A DNA stretch of 62,638 bases from Deferribacteraceae bacterium UBA1873 (GTDB taxonomy: Bacteria; Chrysiogenota; Deferribacteres; Deferribacterales; Flexistipitaceae), in assembly GCA_002338145.1 (NCBI GenBank), contig DDHP01000079.1, positions 22,737 through 85,374 of the forward strand, given 5' to 3'. A program made the translations under genes and the position numbers. Below, piece by piece: positions 50,116 through 59,034 of the stretch. The notes beneath the pieces are model-generated. The model made no database searches. It was not told the origin of the DNA and saw nothing but the letters and a program-made list of their open reading frames with translations. Numbering within the stretch: position 1 is the stretch's first letter; the number at the start of each line of letters is the position of its first letter.

Positions 50116-52607
50116 AGCTTTTTGCAAAAAATAAGCCCGACTCTTCAATAAGTAATGCTAAATCTTTGTATACCAAAGGCAACTATAAAAAAGCTCTTAA
50201 AATATGTAAAAATATCTTAGACGAAAAAGATTATGATTTCGAAGCTCAGAACCTGTTGGGGGATATTTACTATAAAATGGGAAATAAATCCAAAGCCTTG
50301 GAAATGTATAGAACTTTGGGAGAAAAACTTGAGCAGGACAAGTTTACAGAGCGGGCTATAGCTGTAACACGCAAAATAATCCGATTCTATCCCGAACAGT
50401 TTGATTTGTACAGAAAATTGTCTAAACTGTACCGAAAGAAAGGGTTGATTGCTGATCAGCTGAATATTCTCTATGAATTAAGTGATATTTATCATGAAAA
50501 AAATGAGAAAGATAAGTCTGTTGATATACTCAAGGAAATCGCAGAAATAGACAGAAACACTGCTGAAAACTATTACAAGATAATTTCCCGGTTTTGTGAG
50601 TATGGAAAAACTGAAGAGGTTTGTAAATATAGTTATTATGCCGCTAAACTTGCAAGTGAGCAAAACAAAAAGAATATTTTAAATAAAATAATGGATATTG
50701 CAATTGATAATAATTGTGACCTTACCAATATTGTTAAATATTCAGTAATGTACTTTAAGGACAATCCAGACAAACTGGACATTTTTAAGTCTTATGCTAA
50801 AGCTTACCTTTTAGAAAATTTTGATAGCAATTTTTTTGAAGATTTTATTGAGTTTTTTAACTACTCAGATGATCCTGACTTTTTTAACACATTGAAGGAA
50901 AAATACGGCAATATAACCATATATAAATATATCCTTGAAAATCTTCTGAACAATAATGAACTGGACAAAATACCTGGGTTGGTTGGTGAAATCATAGATA
51001 TACCTGACTATAACTTTGATGCATCCATAATAGATGTTGTTCAGGCCGGATACTCAACGATAAACAGTACAGAAGTACTTGACTCTCTGGCAACACTGGC
51101 AGAAAAATGTGACACGAAAGACTTATCTATTGGTATTTATAAGCGAATGCGTGATCTTTATGAAGAAGATGGCAATACTGAAAAATCGGAAATGCTTACT
51201 CAATTTATTTCTGACTTAGAGAATTCCCCTGTATTAACTGATACAAGTACAGAGCTTTCTTCGGTGGAAATAAATCCTGCTGATGAAGATTTCGAAAGTG
51301 AAGAAGAAACCGACTTTTCCGGTTTGGAAGATTTGATAGAACACACCACTATAGAAGAAGATTCTGGCGATAGTAGTGATCCTCTTGCTTCTTTGGATAC
51401 GGATATGGAAGATAGTTTTGATAATAATTTCTTCGAAGAAGACACTGAAAAACATAAAAACGCAGAATCTGATATCTCACCGGAGAATAATGAATTCTCT
51501 GATAATACTGTTGATAACAACCATGAAGAAGAAACTGATATAGAACTTGATTTAAGCGATCTGACTACTTCAGAAGAAGAAAAAAACCAGCCGGAACATA
51601 TTGATGAAATGGACATAAATGACTTAGACTTCCAGCAGGATTCGGAAGAAAATGACATTTTACCAGATTTAGAATTAAATGATGAGTTTGATGAAAATAA
51701 TGATGTTTTTTCCAGCGATGGAGATACTGTTAATAACAGTGACGAGGAATTTAATGATGGTTTTTCCAAAGCGATGGAGGAGCTTGAAATTGATGAAATA
51801 AACGAAGATGATATTTTTGATATAACAAACGAAACTGATGAAAATATTGATTCTTCTAAAAACTCCCGTGTAAAGGAGGTGGAGGAACTTATTTCATCAG
51901 GACACTACGATGCCGCCCAAAAAGAGCTCGACTTGCTACTGGAGGAAAAACCTGATGATGAAAAACTTAAGGATCTGGCTACCCAACTTATCCTTATAGA
52001 AGAAGATGATGAAATTAATGATAAATCAGACATTTCGAGAGAGAAGAAAGAAAATTTAAAATTTTTTGCAACAGAGTTTAGCAATATTGCAATTGCAATA
52101 AGAAAAAGTATTAATGAGAAAATTGACCCGGAAGATTACGAGGCTCACTATGATATGGCGATGGCATATATGGAAATGGAGCTTTACGAAGATGCTCTGG
52201 AGGAGCTGAAAAAAGCGGCAACCAGCGATAAACGTTATGAAAGTCTGTTTCTTATGGCAGAGTGTCACAAAAGAATGAAAGAATACCAGGAAGCTGTGAA
52301 TTTGCATAAACTCATAGTTGTTGATTACTCTGAAACGGAAAAGGTACTTAATTCCCTTTATGAAATAGCAAATATTTATGAAATGAAGGGTAATTTTTCA
52401 ACAGCTTTTAATTATTATAACAAAATATATGTTATTAATGAAAACTTCAGAGATGTAAAAGAAAAAATCAAAGATGTTTCACCTGAGGACTCTTATGATT
52501 TAAACTCTGACAAAAAAACAAAAGAATTTGGCATATCCAGTGCCAATGAAGAATATATCGACAACACTAACCACGCTAAAAAGAAAAAAAAGATTTCCTA
52601 TTTGTAG
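50112..52607 (+). CDS. Large TPR protein with a long acidic disordered linker (SgmX/FimV-like architecture)
   Basis: N-terminal TPRs (LLGDIYYKMG...KALEMY), D/E-rich low-complexity middle, C-terminal TPRs (AHYDMAMAYMEMELYEDAL), basic tail KKKKKISYL; no signal peptide or TM. Confidence 0.8.
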   Translation: MKLFAKNKPDSSISNAKSLYTKGNYKKALKICKNILDEKDYDFEAQNLLGDIYYKMGNKSKALEMYRTLGEKLEQDKFTERAIAVTRKIIRFYPEQFDLYRKLSKLYRKKGLIADQLNILYELSDIYHEKNEKDKSVDILKEIAEIDRNTAENYYKIISRFCEYGKTEEVCKYSYYAAKLASEQNKKNILNKIMDIAIDNNCDLTNIVKYSVMYFKDNPDKLDIFKSYAKAYLLENFDSNFFEDFIEFFNYSDDPDFFNTLKEKYGNITIYKYILENLLNNNELDKIPGLVGEIIDIPDYNFDASIIDVVQAGYSTINSTEVLDSLATLAEKCDTKDLSIGIYKRMRDLYEEDGNTEKSEMLTQFISDLENSPVLTDTSTELSSVEINPADEDFESEEETDFSGLEDLIEHTTIEEDSGDSSDPLASLDTDMEDSFDNNFFEEDTEKHKNAESDISPENNEFSDNTVDNNHEEETDIELDLSDLTTSEEEKNQPEHIDEMDINDLDFQQDSEENDILPDLELNDEFDENNDVFSSDGDTVNNSDEEFNDGFSKAMEELEIDEINEDDIFDITNETDENIDSSKNSRVKEVEELISSGHYDAAQKELDLLLEEKPDDEKLKDLATQLILIEEDDEINDKSDISREKKENLKFFATEFSNIAIAIRKSINEKIDPEDYEAHYDMAMAYMEMELYEDALEELKKAATSDKRYESLFLMAECHKRMKEYQEAVNLHKLIVVDYSETEKVLNSLYEIANIYEMKGNFSTAFNYYNKIYVINENFRDVKEKIKDVSPEDSYDLNSDKKTKEFGISSANEEYIDNTNHAKKKKKISYL

Positions 52608-52635
52608 TTTAATTTATGTTTTTTAGAGGAAGTTT

Positions 52636-53445
52636 ATGGATTTATTGAATTTTTATGAAATAAACGAATTACCTTTCAATAACTCTCCGGATACAAAATA
52701 TTTTTACAGCTCAAAGCAACATGAAGAGGCTTTATTACGACTTCGGTACCTGATACAGAACAAAAAAGGCTTAGGAGTGGTCACTGGTGGTATAGGAACA
52801 GGGAAAACAACGCTTGCCAGGTTGCTTTTTGATGAACTAGACAGTAAAAATTATGAGCCGGTTTTGATGGTAGTTGTCCATTCTGAAATAAATTCAGAGT
52901 GGATTCTGAGGAGAATCTGCAGTCAGCTTGATATAGAAAAAATTCCGAATGATAAGCCCGGAATGCTTTCTGCGTTGTTTCGACGTCTGAATGACTTGGA
53001 TGAAAGTGGAAAAAAGGTAGTTATTTTAATTGACGAAGCCCAGATGTTGAAAAACAGAGATGTTATGGAAGAGATAAGAGGCATTTTAAATTTTGAGGAC
53101 GAACGTGGGAAATTTTTAACTTTTATTCTCTTTGGTTTACCTGAAGTTGAAAGAAATCTGGCAATGGACGAACCGCTCAAACAAAGGGTTGCATTAAGGT
53201 ACCAATTGAAACATCTGAGTTTTGAAGGCACAAAAAACTATATATTACACAGAATGAAAGTTTCAGGTGCTAAATATATATTTTTTTCGGAAGATTCTTT
53301 TGGTTTAATACATGAAGCGTCTAAAGGGATTCCTAGGGTAATCAATACTATCTGTGATAATGCTATGCTTGAGTCGTATCTGGTTAAAAACAAAGTCATT
53401 AGTAAAGAAATCATTCAGCGCGTTGTAAAAGACCTTAATTTGTGA
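52636..53445 (+). CDS. ExeA/GspA-family AAA+ ATPase (no peptidoglycan-binding domain)
   Basis: PF...PD..YFY...HEEAL, Walker A GGIGTGKTT, Walker B ILIDEAQ, LKQRV, YILHRM and GIPRVINTICD motifs. Confidence 0.87.
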   Translation: MDLLNFYEINELPFNNSPDTKYFYSSKQHEEALLRLRYLIQNKKGLGVVTGGIGTGKTTLARLLFDELDSKNYEPVLMVVVHSEINSEWILRRICSQLDIEKIPNDKPGMLSALFRRLNDLDESGKKVVILIDEAQMLKNRDVMEEIRGILNFEDERGKFLTFILFGLPEVERNLAMDEPLKQRVALRYQLKHLSFEGTKNYILHRMKVSGAKYIFFSEDSFGLIHEASKGIPRVINTICDNAMLESYLVKNKVISKEIIQRVVKDLNL

Positions 53446-53452
53446 GCCATCT

Positions 53453-55588
53453 GTGATTAAACGTATTGGTAAAAGAAAAAAAGTCATATTTTATGGAATA
53501 TTGGCTTTTCTTCTTGTTCTTCTTAATTTTATTGCCAGCTCTAAATTGATTAATTCTGATTTTCCCTGGTATTCAAATATATCCATTTTTCTTTTGGTTA
53601 ATATAAACATTATATTACTTCTTGTTCTTTTGATTGTTATTTTCAGAAATTTAGGCAAATTGTTCTTAGATCAAAAAAGAAATGTTTTTGGAACAAAACT
53701 GCAAAGTAAACTCGTTGTTTTTTCTATAGTGCTTACAGTTATCCCTGTACTGGTTGTTTTTACATTTTCCAATGCTATCATCAATAATTCTATAGATAAG
53801 TGGTTTAACGCTCAGGTTGAGCTTGCTCTTAAAAACTCTATTGATTTGATGCAAAGATATCAAAACCAGGTGGAGCAGGATATAATAGAGCAAACAAGTA
53901 TATTATCAAAACTGATTACATCTAAAGGTTTTCTCCTTCGGAAAAATTACAATGAACTTACTGAGTTTGTAAGTTCATATATGAAAGATAACCGAATAGA
54001 AGGAATTGCAGTATACAATAATCAAAAAAATGAAATTGTCAGTCTAGATAAAAATATATATTTACCTGTAGTCGTGGGTAATATTGAAATAACCAAAGTT
54101 CTGGAGGGATCACAGGTTGCCCAGTACAAATTTTTTACCAATGACCAGATATATTGGGTGGGTCAACCAGTGGCGTCAAGTGTAAACAGCAATATTGTGC
54201 TTGGGGCACTTTTTGTTTACAAAACGGTACCTGCAACCCAGGCTGAAAAAGTAAGCAGAATACTGGAGTCATATGAAAATTACAGCCAGATAAGATTTTA
54301 TTCAAAACCGATTGAAAATTCATATAAAATATTACTGATTATGATGACTCTTTTGGTGGTTTTTGCAGGGATATGGGGAAGTTTGCTGTTTGCCCGGAGG
54401 ATAACCGATCCATTGGAAAAACTTACAACAGCATCCCACCAGGTATCTGAAGGTAACTTGGATGTTGTTCTTGAAAATGTAAGCAATGACGAAGTGGGAT
54501 TTCTTGTGGAATCTTTTAATGATATGACACATAAACTTAAATTACATAACCAGGAGTTACAGCAAAAAAATGAAACCCTTTCTGAAATGTATGCACAGAT
54601 TGCAAAAGATAACCAGTACATAGATACTATTTTTAAAAATGTAAAATCTTCTATCTTTCTTTTTGACAAAGGTCTTAATATCCTGAAAGTGAATAAAATT
54701 GGTGAAAAATTTGTTGACAAAAGCTATCATTTGAATAGCACAAAACTTAAAGAAGTATTGGAAAATTTTATGAACAGTGCGGAAAACTTTACCAGTTTCC
54801 AGATGGAACTACCTGTATCCCGGGATACAAGAACATATTCAATAACAATGTCAAAAATTCTGGATAATAACGAACTGGAAAATATAGTGTTGGTTCTGGA
54901 CGATATTTCTGAGGTTGTAAGATTACAGAGAGTAAATATATGGAAAGAGATAGCAACAAGGATAGCTCATGAAATAAAAAATCCGCTTACGCCAATAAAA
55001 TTGTCGGCAGAAAGAATGCTTAGAAAGGTTAGGGGGCTTGAAGACAGCGAACTGAAAGAAATGCTTCTGGAAAGTATGAATACGGTAATAAATGAAGCCA
55101 ACGAACTGTACAATTTAGTAAACGAATTTAATAGCTTTGCTCGATTACCTGAGATAAAAAAAGAACGTTTTTATTTACGGAGTATGGTTGACGGGTTGAT
55201 TTCCATGTACGGTCAATCTCACCCCAATATAATAATTTCTTCTAATATAGATGAAACGTTAGAAATAAATGCTGATAAACAGCAAATCAGAAGGTTGTTT
55301 TTGAATTTGATTAACAATTCCATTCAGGCTATTGGTAACCAAGGGAAAATAGATATCAAGGCATTTATAGAGGAAGACTGGGTTAAAATCATTTTCAGTG
55401 ATAATGGCTCAGGGATAAGAAAAGAGGATATCGATAAAATTTTTATGCCTTATTTCAGTAAAAAGCCCGATGGAACAGGGCTGGGACTTTCTATTGTCAA
55501 AAAAATTATTGAAGAACATTCAGGAAACATTAAAATAGAAAGCGTAGAAAATGAATATACAACATTTTACATAAAAATACCAAAATAA
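53453..55588 (+). CDS. ntrY: NtrY-like membrane sensor histidine kinase (HAMP, PAS-like, HisKA, HATPase)
   Basis: N-terminal TMs, SIDKWF, HAMP (ITDPL...DEVGFLVESFNDM), WKEIATRIAHEIKNPLTPI, FARLP, DNGSG and GTGLGL motifs. Confidence 0.8.
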   Translation: MIKRIGKRKKVIFYGILAFLLVLLNFIASSKLINSDFPWYSNISIFLLVNINIILLLVLLIVIFRNLGKLFLDQKRNVFGTKLQSKLVVFSIVLTVIPVLVVFTFSNAIINNSIDKWFNAQVELALKNSIDLMQRYQNQVEQDIIEQTSILSKLITSKGFLLRKNYNELTEFVSSYMKDNRIEGIAVYNNQKNEIVSLDKNIYLPVVVGNIEITKVLEGSQVAQYKFFTNDQIYWVGQPVASSVNSNIVLGALFVYKTVPATQAEKVSRILESYENYSQIRFYSKPIENSYKILLIMMTLLVVFAGIWGSLLFARRITDPLEKLTTASHQVSEGNLDVVLENVSNDEVGFLVESFNDMTHKLKLHNQELQQKNETLSEMYAQIAKDNQYIDTIFKNVKSSIFLFDKGLNILKVNKIGEKFVDKSYHLNSTKLKEVLENFMNSAENFTSFQMELPVSRDTRTYSITMSKILDNNELENIVLVLDDISEVVRLQRVNIWKEIATRIAHEIKNPLTPIKLSAERMLRKVRGLEDSELKEMLLESMNTVINEANELYNLVNEFNSFARLPEIKKERFYLRSMVDGLISMYGQSHPNIIISSNIDETLEINADKQQIRRLFLNLINNSIQAIGNQGKIDIKAFIEEDWVKIIFSDNGSGIRKEDIDKIFMPYFSKKPDGTGLGLSIVKKIIEEHSGNIKIESVENEYTTFYIKIPK

Positions 55589-55604
55589 TTCTGAGGGAGA
55601 TTAT

Positions 55605-56996
55605 ATGAGAATATTAATTATAGATGATGAAAAAAATATATGTACTACTATACAAAGTATTCTTGAAGATGAAGGTTATAGCTCTGAATATGCTCTTGAT
55701 TTTAAAAATGGACTGAAAAAATTAAAAGAAAATATCTTTGATATTGTTTTTCTGGATATCTGGCTTCCGGATAAAGATGGTACGGAAGGACTCCAGGAAA
55801 TCAAAAAATATTTTCCTGAAACAGAAGTTATAATAATCAGTGGACACGGAAATATTGAAAATGCTGTGGAAACAATCAAATACGGAGCATACGATTTTCT
55901 GGAAAAACCTTTGTCTCTTGAAAGAATTGTGCTTACTATAAATCAGTTAGAAGATAAACTTAAACTAAAATCTGATCTCAGGGAATATAAATTCAATTTG
56001 CTGAAAAAATATGAGCTAATAGGCTCAAGCGAACCAATTAAGCAATTACAATTAAAAATAGAAAAAATTGCACCTACAAATGCATGGGTACTTATAACAG
56101 GAGAAAACGGGACAGGCAAAGAACATGTTGCAAGACTCATACACCTGCTAAGTAAAAAATCAAACAATAAGTTTGTTGAAGTAAACTGCTCGGCTATACC
56201 AAGTGAACTAATGGAAAGTGAAATGTTTGGGTATGAGAAGGGGGCATTTACAGGAGCAACAAACAGAAGAATGGGAAAATTTGAAAGCGGCAATAATGGA
56301 ACCATTTTTCTGGACGAGGTAGGTGACATGGATTTAAATCTTCAGGCAAAGCTTTTGAGAGTACTGGAAACAGGGGAATTCTCGAGAGTAGGCGGTAATG
56401 AAGTGATTAAATCTGATTTCAGACTGATATCCGCAACAAATAAAAATTTGGAAGAAGAAATAGAAAAAGGAAATTTTCGCGAAGACTTATATTACCGGAT
56501 AAATGTTATCCCGATATATGTTCCACCGCTAAGAGAAAGAACAGATGACATCCCTTTGCTTGTGGATCATTTTATCAAGGAATCATGTCAGTTTAACGGA
56601 ATAACACGAAAAAAAATAGACAATGAATTGATGCAGGTATTTCTTGAGTATAACTGGCCGGGTAACGTCAGGCAATTGAAAAACATTGTGGAAAGAATGG
56701 TGGTATTAACAGAAAGCGATGTGCTGACAGTAAAGGACGTACCAGATTTTATAATGTCAAATTTTTCAATCAATGAACAGCAAAGTATACCTAATGATTT
56801 TAATGGTAACAATTATAACGGTAACCTGAAAACAGCCAAAGAACGCTTTGAAAAATATTATATATTGAAAACTCTCCAAAATAAAAACTGGAATGTGTCA
56901 AAATCGGCAAAAAGTCTCGGACTGGAGAGAACATATTTACATAAAAAAATCAAAGATTACAACCTAGATCAGTTTCGCAGTAAAAACGCATATTAG
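55605..56996 (+). CDS. ntrX: NtrX-like sigma54-dependent response regulator
   Basis: Receiver (IIDDE, LDIWLP, ISGHG.IE.AV), GENGTGKE, GAFTGA, WPGNVR and HTH ERTYLHKK; follows the NtrY-like kinase. Confidence 0.8.
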   Translation: MRILIIDDEKNICTTIQSILEDEGYSSEYALDFKNGLKKLKENIFDIVFLDIWLPDKDGTEGLQEIKKYFPETEVIIISGHGNIENAVETIKYGAYDFLEKPLSLERIVLTINQLEDKLKLKSDLREYKFNLLKKYELIGSSEPIKQLQLKIEKIAPTNAWVLITGENGTGKEHVARLIHLLSKKSNNKFVEVNCSAIPSELMESEMFGYEKGAFTGATNRRMGKFESGNNGTIFLDEVGDMDLNLQAKLLRVLETGEFSRVGGNEVIKSDFRLISATNKNLEEEIEKGNFREDLYYRINVIPIYVPPLRERTDDIPLLVDHFIKESCQFNGITRKKIDNELMQVFLEYNWPGNVRQLKNIVERMVVLTESDVLTVKDVPDFIMSNFSINEQQSIPNDFNGNNYNGNLKTAKERFEKYYILKTLQNKNWNVSKSAKSLGLERTYLHKKIKDYNLDQFRSKNAY

Positions 56997-57036
56997 AAGG
57001 TCATTTAACAGGGCGAGGAATGACAAGACCACAATT

Positions 57037-57126
57037 TGTCATTTCGACGAGTCGACGGATAGTCGGTGAGGAGAAATCTCTACTGTTATTTGGCAAAGAG
57101 ACCTCTCGACTACGCTCGATGTGACA
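57037..57126. repeat. Inverted REP dimer (REPIN-like) between convergent ntrX and pyrD
   Basis: TGTCATTTCGAC...GAAATCTCT (57037-57081), 15-nt spacer, then AGAGACCTCTCGACTACGCTCGATGTGACA (57097-57126). Both halves have near-identical copies at 334-377 and 1-35. Confidence 0.85.
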
Positions 57127-57303
57127 AAAAACTGTATAGCATCCGCCATAGACGGATAAATATAACTAAGAAGAACACTATCTTTGCCCTTTGATTTCCA
57201 TATCAACTTAACATAATATATCTTATCGGACGTTATTGTTATTAGGTATGGGAAATCTATTGTCAAATTAACAAGCTCAGAGTAACTGTTTTTTAAAAAA
57301 ATT

Positions 57304-58215
57304 TTAGGTCCGGAGAGTTCCCTTTAATTCGGTAAAATTACCAATTTCGTTTGCTTTGCAATATGTTGTAAGATCATCTATAATTGTACTTATTATTTCA
57401 GGATTCACAAAATTAGCAGTGCCAACCTGAACTGCTGATGCACCGGCTATAAAAAATTCTGCGACATCTTTATAGTTCATTATTCCGCCTATACCTATGA
57501 TTGGTATATCCACTGCTTGATATAATTCATATACCATTCTTACCGCCACAGGTTTTATTGCCGGCCCGCTGAGACCTCCTGTAACGTTAGATAAATGTGG
57601 CCTGCGAGTGTTTATATTAATAGACATGCCAAGAAGCGTGTTAATAGCGCTGATGGCGTCAGCGCCGGCTGATTCAGCTGTTTTCCCAAATATTTTTATG
57701 TTTGATACATTTGGTGACAATTTTACTATCAACGGTTTATTACTTATGGATTTTTTTACCTTATTTACCACTTCAAATGTCATTTCAGGATTAGTACCAA
57801 AAGCAATACCGCCTTCTTTTATATTGGGACATGAAATGTTCATTTCCAGCATATCTACATCAGAACAATCTAATATTTTGGCTACTTCTGTATATTCTTC
57901 AACAGTTTTGCCCCAAAAATTTGCTATAATATTCGTATCGTATTTTTTTAATTCAGGTAGCTTTTCATCTAAAAATTTATTTACACCTATATTTTGTAAT
58001 CCTATGGCATTAAGCATTCCGGCATGTGTTTCCATAATTCTTGGCATTGGATTACCTTTTTCTTCATTAAGTGATATTCCTTTTACCGATATACCCCCTA
58101 ACATGCTGATATCTATTCTGTTTGTGAATTCCAGACCGTAGCCAAAGGTACCGCTTGCAGCAATTACAGGATTTTTAAATTTTATACCGCATATTTCTGT
58201 TTTCAGATTTTCCAT
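57304..58215 (-). CDS. pyrD: Dihydroorotate dehydrogenase (family 1B) catalytic subunit
   Basis: KNPVIAASGTFGYG, GNPMPRI, NISCPN, VKLSPNV and GGLSGPAIKPVA motifs. Confidence 0.96.
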   Translation of the reverse strand: MENLKTEICGIKFKNPVIAASGTFGYGLEFTNRIDISMLGGISVKGISLNEEKGNPMPRIMETHAGMLNAIGLQNIGVNKFLDEKLPELKKYDTNIIANFWGKTVEEYTEVAKILDCSDVDMLEMNISCPNIKEGGIAFGTNPEMTFEVVNKVKKSISNKPLIVKLSPNVSNIKIFGKTAESAGADAISAINTLLGMSININTRRPHLSNVTGGLSGPAIKPVAVRMVYELYQAVDIPIIGIGGIMNYKDVAEFFIAGASAVQVGTANFVNPEIISTIIDDLTTYCKANEIGNFTELKGTLRT

Positions 58216-58217
58216 TT

Positions 58218-59018
58218 TTACTCCTTACAAACGGTCTCCCATATGATTTCTTTCCCATTAAAAACAGGTCCTTCCACACAACATCGTTTTTGTGAATTAC
58301 TATTGGGATCTGTCCCAATAGTGGAAATAATACATCCCAGGCAGGCACCAATACCACATGCCATTCTTTCCTCTAATGATACTTCGAATTCTATTTTTTC
58401 AATATCTATAATATCGTAAACTGCTTTCAGCATAGGTTTCGGCCCGCATGCAAATATTTTATCATAGTTATTAAATTTTAATGAGTTTTCAAATACTTCT
58501 GTAATAAAGCCTTTATGGCCAATACTTCCATCTTCCGTAGCAATTATTAAATTGTTTGAATATTCTTCAAATATATGTGTAAGAAGAATATCTTTTTCTT
58601 CAGCACCACCGTAAAAAACATCTACTTCGTTGTTTTCATGTAATATTTTGGAGAGAAAGGTCATTGGCGCTATCCCCACGCCTCCTCCTATTATTGCCAC
58701 TTTCTTATCAGTTGTTAGGTTGAAACCTGTGCCAAGGGGCTCAGAAAAGCTCAGTTCAGTCTTTTTTTTGATTTTTGAAAGCAGTTTTGTGCCCTTGCCC
58801 ACAATCATATATAATAGTGAAAATGTCCCTTTTTTTTCATTAATATCACATATTCCCAAAGGTCTTCTTAGTAAAGGATCATAAATATAATCATAAGGCT
58901 GTGGACGGATCATAAGGAATTGACCAGGAGCTGCATTTTGGGCAAACTCATCAGATTTTATGCATATAATGCCATATTTATCGTTGAGTATTTTATTTTC
59001 AAGTACAATTCCTTTCAT
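58218..59018 (-). CDS. pyrK: Dihydroorotate dehydrogenase electron transfer subunit
   Basis: PGQF, LRRP, GGGVGIAP, ACGPKPM and ERMACGIGACLGC...CVEGPVF [2Fe-2S] motif. Confidence 0.94.
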   Translation of the reverse strand: MKGIVLENKILNDKYGIICIKSDEFAQNAAPGQFLMIRPQPYDYIYDPLLRRPLGICDINEKKGTFSLLYMIVGKGTKLLSKIKKKTELSFSEPLGTGFNLTTDKKVAIIGGGVGIAPMTFLSKILHENNEVDVFYGGAEEKDILLTHIFEEYSNNLIIATEDGSIGHKGFITEVFENSLKFNNYDKIFACGPKPMLKAVYDIIDIEKIEFEVSLEERMACGIGACLGCIISTIGTDPNSNSQKRCCVEGPVFNGKEIIWETVCKE

Positions 59019-59034
59019 TTCAGCCTCTTGGAGT

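Noticed and set aside
51200-51769. 189-aa Ser-rich antisense ORF
   Set aside because: It is a shadow of the GAA/GAT-rich acidic linker on the + strand.
57039-57266. 75-aa minus-strand ORF
   Set aside because: Its C-terminal part is just the REP dimer read in frame; it has no recognisable RBS or domain.
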